A stretch of 54,045 bases of DNA, taken from positions 1 to 54,045 of the forward strand of contig JAZRGD010000068.1 of the NCBI GenBank assembly GCA_045644045.1. The letters run 5' to 3'. The stretch's first letter is position 1, and the number at the start of each line of letters is the position of its first letter. Both the position numbers and the translations under genes were made by a program. Below are positions 50,935 to 54,045 of the stretch, in pieces. The DNA comes from Eubacteriales bacterium (lineage in GTDB: Bacteria; Bacillota; Clostridia; Oscillospirales; CAG-272). A model generated the notes under the pieces. It was not told where the DNA came from. It made no database searches and worked only from the letters and a program-made list of their open reading frames with translations.

Positions 50935-51846
50935 ATGAAGTGGGAATACGTTATGGAAAAAGCGGAGGACGGGCTGCTCCTCCGCACTTTTTTAAAGGAA
51001 CGCCTCCGCATTTCCACCCGTCTGCTGACGCTCTTAAAGAAAAAGGAAAACGGCATCCTTGTAAACGGCGAACGGGTGACGGTGCGCTATCTCCTGAAGG
51101 AGGGCGACCGTCTCACCCTTGCCGTGGAGGACGAAGCGGCGGCAATAAACCCGCACCTGACCCCTGTCGCTCTGCCCGTGTCCGTCCTTTACGAGGACGG
51201 GGACGTGGTGGTCTGCCACAAGCCCGTGGGAATGCCCACCCATCCCTCTCACGGGCACAGAGAGGACACCTTGGCCAACGCTCTTTGCCACCGCTACCTT
51301 GGCACTCCCTTCGTCTTTCGTGCCGTAAACCGTCTGGACCGTGAGACAGGAGGAGCGGTTGCCGTGGCCCGTAACCCTCATGCCGCCGCCCTTCTCTCCG
51401 CCGCCATGCGGGAGGGGCGCATCCGCAAGGAGTATTTGGCTTGGGTAGAGGGCACGCCGCCCGAGGACGGAAGGATCGACGCCCCCATCAGGCGCAAGGT
51501 CGGGAGCGTGATGCTCCGCGAGGTCTGTAAGGAGGGGGAGGGAGACGCGGCTGTCACCCTCTTTCGCCGCCTGTATACCGATGGGGAAAGGAGTCTGATC
51601 CAGCTACTGCTTCTCACGGGGCGCACCCACCAGATCCGCGTGCATATGGCGTCCGTCGGTCACCCTCTGCTCGGTGACGGGCTTTACGGAAACGGCAAGG
51701 AGGGAGACAGGACCATGCTCCACGCCCTGCGGCTTTCCATTCCCCTGCCCTCTACGGGCGATACGGTCTGCTTTCTCGCGCCGCCCGAGGCGGACTTTTC
51801 TCTTCCCTGCGGCCTGCCGCCGCCCTTTCCCGATGAGACCTGCTGA
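50935..51846 (+). CDS. RluA/RluD family pseudouridine synthase
   Basis: KPVGMPTHP, NRLDRETGG, KEYLA, TGRTHQIRVH, GHPLLGD.LYG, LHA. Confidence 0.93.
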   Translation: MKWEYVMEKAEDGLLLRTFLKERLRISTRLLTLLKKKENGILVNGERVTVRYLLKEGDRLTLAVEDEAAAINPHLTPVALPVSVLYEDGDVVVCHKPVGMPTHPSHGHREDTLANALCHRYLGTPFVFRAVNRLDRETGGAVAVARNPHAAALLSAAMREGRIRKEYLAWVEGTPPEDGRIDAPIRRKVGSVMLREVCKEGEGDAAVTLFRRLYTDGERSLIQLLLLTGRTHQIRVHMASVGHPLLGDGLYGNGKEGDRTMLHALRLSIPLPSTGDTVCFLAPPEADFSLPCGLPPPFPDETC

Positions 51847-53142
51847 CACCGTTTCCCGCCTGACCTCCCCCACCATGGGCAGAAGAAAGAGGGCGTGAAG
51901 CATGGTAAGGGCGGAAAGCGCGGTATCCGTCAAACGCCAGACAAGCCCGCCCGACAAAAGCGCCCCCAAGGGGAGTGCCGAAAGATAAAGAAACAGAAAA
52001 GCACGCCTTACGACGCGCCGTGACGAAAGATAGGTCACGGCGCATTTTCCGTAATAGTACCAGGAAACGGCGGTAGCGTAGGCAAAGAGAAAGACCGAAA
52101 CGGCAAGGAGAGGCGGTGCCGCCCATCCCGTCAAGGCGAGAAAGCTCGCGTCCATCAGTGCCATTCCGCCAAGGAGGGGAATTTCCGCAGGAAAGGCAAG
52201 GAGCAAAACGAAGGCGGTAAGAGTGCAAAATACGAAGGTGTCGATCAGCACCTCAAAAATGCCGAGGATGCCTTGCGCAACAGGGGTGTTGTCGGCCGTG
52301 GCGTGTGCCATGGGTGCCGTTCCCGCCCCTGCCTCATGGGACAAAAGACCTCTCGACACCCCATAGCGCAGGGCGCGGGAGGACAAAAAGGCAGGCACCC
52401 CCACCATGCTTTTGGGCGCGAGAGCGTCGCAAAGGATGCGTGCCAGCACCCCGCCCATCTCCGAAAGGCGGGGGAGAATGGCAAAGAGGGAAAGCCCGAT
52501 ATAAAGGAGGCTGAGCAGGGGGATCAGCTTGGCGGTGAAGGAGGCGATGCGCCCCGCACCGCCAAGCACCACGGGGGCGGTCAAGGCAAGCAAGAGCGTT
52601 CCGCCGAGAAGAGGGGAAAGGTGAAAGCACTCCGAAAGGCTCTCTGCCGCCGCCGCGCTTTGCACCAACGACCCAAGGCAAAGGGCAGTCAGGGCACACA
52701 AAAGCGCAAAGGCGTATGCGCCCGCCCGACCAAGCCTTCCCTCGGCCGCGCGCTTCATGTAATACATCGCGCCGCCCACGTAGCCCTCCCCCTCCTTTTC
52801 CCGATGGCGAAGGGCCAAGACGATCTCGGCATATTTTAAAAACACGGAAACGAGGGCACTGACCCACATCCAAAAGACCGCCCCCGCGCCGCCGTAGGCC
52901 ACCGCCAGCGCCACCCCCGCGATGTTGCCCACGCCAAGCGTTCCCGACAGGGCCATGGCAAGACCGTGAAAGGCACTCTTCCCTCCATGCAAGCCCTGCC
53001 GAAGGGTACGGAGCGGATGGAGTAGGGGGAACCACCCCAAGGCAAAGGCATAAGCAAGCCCCGCGAAAAAGAGCAAAAGAGGCAGCGACACCCCAAAGAA
53101 GCGCGCACCCAACCATTCAAGCACCTCTTCCACCCGTCCCAT
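51604..53142 (-). CDS. Alanine/glycine:cation symporter (AGCS family); 3' end overlaps the RluA gene
   Basis: LSGTLGVGNIAGVA.A...GG.GAVFWMW, GGAMYY, RGLLSHEAGAG, EV.IDT...CT.TA. Confidence 0.88.
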   Translation of the reverse strand: MGRVEEVLEWLGARFFGVSLPLLLFFAGLAYAFALGWFPLLHPLRTLRQGLHGGKSAFHGLAMALSGTLGVGNIAGVALAVAYGGAGAVFWMWVSALVSVFLKYAEIVLALRHREKEGEGYVGGAMYYMKRAAEGRLGRAGAYAFALLCALTALCLGSLVQSAAAAESLSECFHLSPLLGGTLLLALTAPVVLGGAGRIASFTAKLIPLLSLLYIGLSLFAILPRLSEMGGVLARILCDALAPKSMVGVPAFLSSRALRYGVSRGLLSHEAGAGTAPMAHATADNTPVAQGILGIFEVLIDTFVFCTLTAFVLLLAFPAEIPLLGGMALMDASFLALTGWAAPPLLAVSVFLFAYATAVSWYYYGKCAVTYLSSRRVVRRAFLFLYLSALPLGALLSGGLVWRLTDTALSALTMLHALFLLPMVGEVRRETVSAGLIGKGRRQAAGKRKVRLGRREKADRIARRGQGNGKPQGVEHGPVSLLAVSVKPVTEQRVTDGRHMHADLVGAPREKQ

Positions 53143-53305
53143 CCTTTTTCCCCTTTTCAAACCAATCGTTTACATTTTAAAGGATATGCGACCGAGGGCA
53201 AGGATTATGCCCCGCCCCTCCCTTTTCTTTGCTTCTGCCCGAAGCAAGCCTCTCCGTCGGTGAAGGGTCATCGCTCGCTCAATTGTTAACATTGTGAAAA
53301 AAGGC

Positions 53306-53334
53306 TTGCTTTTTTGTCGAATTTGGTGTATAAT
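53306..53334 (+). promoter_or_regulatory. SigA-type promoter
   Basis: TTGCTT-17-TATAAT. Confidence 0.55.
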
Positions 53335-53415
53335 GGTGCGCGAGTGAAAAAAAGCCAACCGACAGTATGATTTTTACCCCCTTTCAGACACAGATCGTAT
53401 CGCAAAGAGGTTTTT

Positions 53416-53643
53416 ATGAACAAGCTGCTATTCGCTGTGCTGGTCACGCTTTGTGCCCTGTTCGCGGTCTTGCTGTTGCTTTATATCGGCACAGTCGTTT
53501 ACCGTTATTGCATTCATATGCAATATATCAAAATGGAGATCGGCCGCACCAGCGGCCGTGAGCAGAAGTATTGGCTTTCGGAGAAAAGAAAGCTGCTCCG
53601 CTCCTTTTTACCCTTTTACAGCAAGCACCGTAAGAAACGGTAA
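53416..53643 (+). CDS. Small membrane protein (75 aa)
   Basis: GAGG RBS, N-terminal hydrophobic helix, basic C-terminus. Confidence 0.65.
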   Translation: MNKLLFAVLVTLCALFAVLLLLYIGTVVYRYCIHMQYIKMEIGRTSGREQKYWLSEKRKLLRSFLPFYSKHRKKR

Positions 53644-53729
53644 CCCATCACACGAAAAAAGACCGCGTCAGTACGGCGACCTGCGATAAAGCAGGTACGC
53701 CGTTGGTCTGCTTTTGGATTTCGGGAAAC

Positions 53730-54045
53730 TTATTCGCCTTCGATCAAAATTGCCTGCATCGGGGCAAGCTCGAGATATATCTTGCCGTCTGTTACGGGTC
53801 TGTCGCAAATATACCGCTTTCCCTCTGCCTCTAAACTATATACCTTTGCCACGGCAAATTTTGCCTCGGGCATATTCCACTCGCCGCTTCTGCCATCGGT
53901 CGAGAAGGCCACGAATGCGTTGTTTTCTTCGTTCATTGGCAGGATAACGTGGTCGCGGTGTTTGAGAACAACGCCGTTCCTGGTTATTGTCTTATTCTTG
54001 CCGAAGCTTTCAACGCCTTCGGAGAACTTTACGTTATAGTATCCG
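53730..54045 (-). CDS. C-terminal fragment of a gene entering from beyond the window (possibly glycoside hydrolase, GH101-like C-terminus)
   Basis: The frame stays open to the window edge: GYYNVKFSEGVESFGKNKTITRNGVVLKHRDHVILPMNEENNAFVAFSTDGRSGEWNMP...DGKIYLELAPMQAILIEGE*. Family guess is from recalled resemblance only. Confidence 0.6.
   Translation of the reverse strand, partial: GYYNVKFSEGVESFGKNKTITRNGVVLKHRDHVILPMNEENNAFVAFSTDGRSGEWNMPEAKFAVAKVYSLEAEGKRYICDRPVTDGKIYLELAPMQAILIEGE

Noticed and set aside
53157-53174. Further TGTAAA/TTTACA half-site before the AGCS gene (also 22114)
   Set aside because: Spacing is off by one or the second half is poor, so not counted among the 8 motif copies.

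Overview
Bacterial chromosomal window that reads as an endospore-forming Clostridia-type (Bacillota) genome: GC3-rich housekeeping genes, near-consensus SigA promoters and SigK/SigE-like promoters. It holds about 45 CDS: ppdK (partial), gdhA, a murD-to-dusB run, a hexuronate/galactoside cluster (uxaC, kdgK, fucU, GH2), a polar amino acid ABC transporter whose permease has one in-frame TAG, an acyl-CoA dehydratase-activase pair, an NSS transporter, a complete shikimate/Phe cluster (aminotransferase, pheA, aroB, aroC, aroE-aroK fusion, aroQ, aroA, aroF), a TasA/SipW-class secreted protein, an Asp-box hydrolase, guaB, hom, a RluA-family gene and an alanine:cation symporter. Two AT-rich islets (3328-6230 and about 42100-43020) each carry an XRE regulator. 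I saw no tRNA, rRNA, CRISPR array, integrase or transposase. The strongest unexplained signals are non-coding. (1) An 18-bp TGTAAA-N6-TTTACA palindrome occurs 8 times, almost always at a gene 3' end or junction. (2) An 84-bp second copy of the aroF 3' end sits inside a GTAG-type REP-like element and brackets a SLOG+XRE islet. (3) An array of triloop hairpins joined by GTGAAAT linkers follows gdhA. (4) There is an unannotated 31-aa Cys-rich peptide with a SigK-type promoter. (5) A poly-C tract lies between twin palindromes upstream of the TasA-like gene. All calls come from reading the sequence and recalling motifs; no database searches were run.
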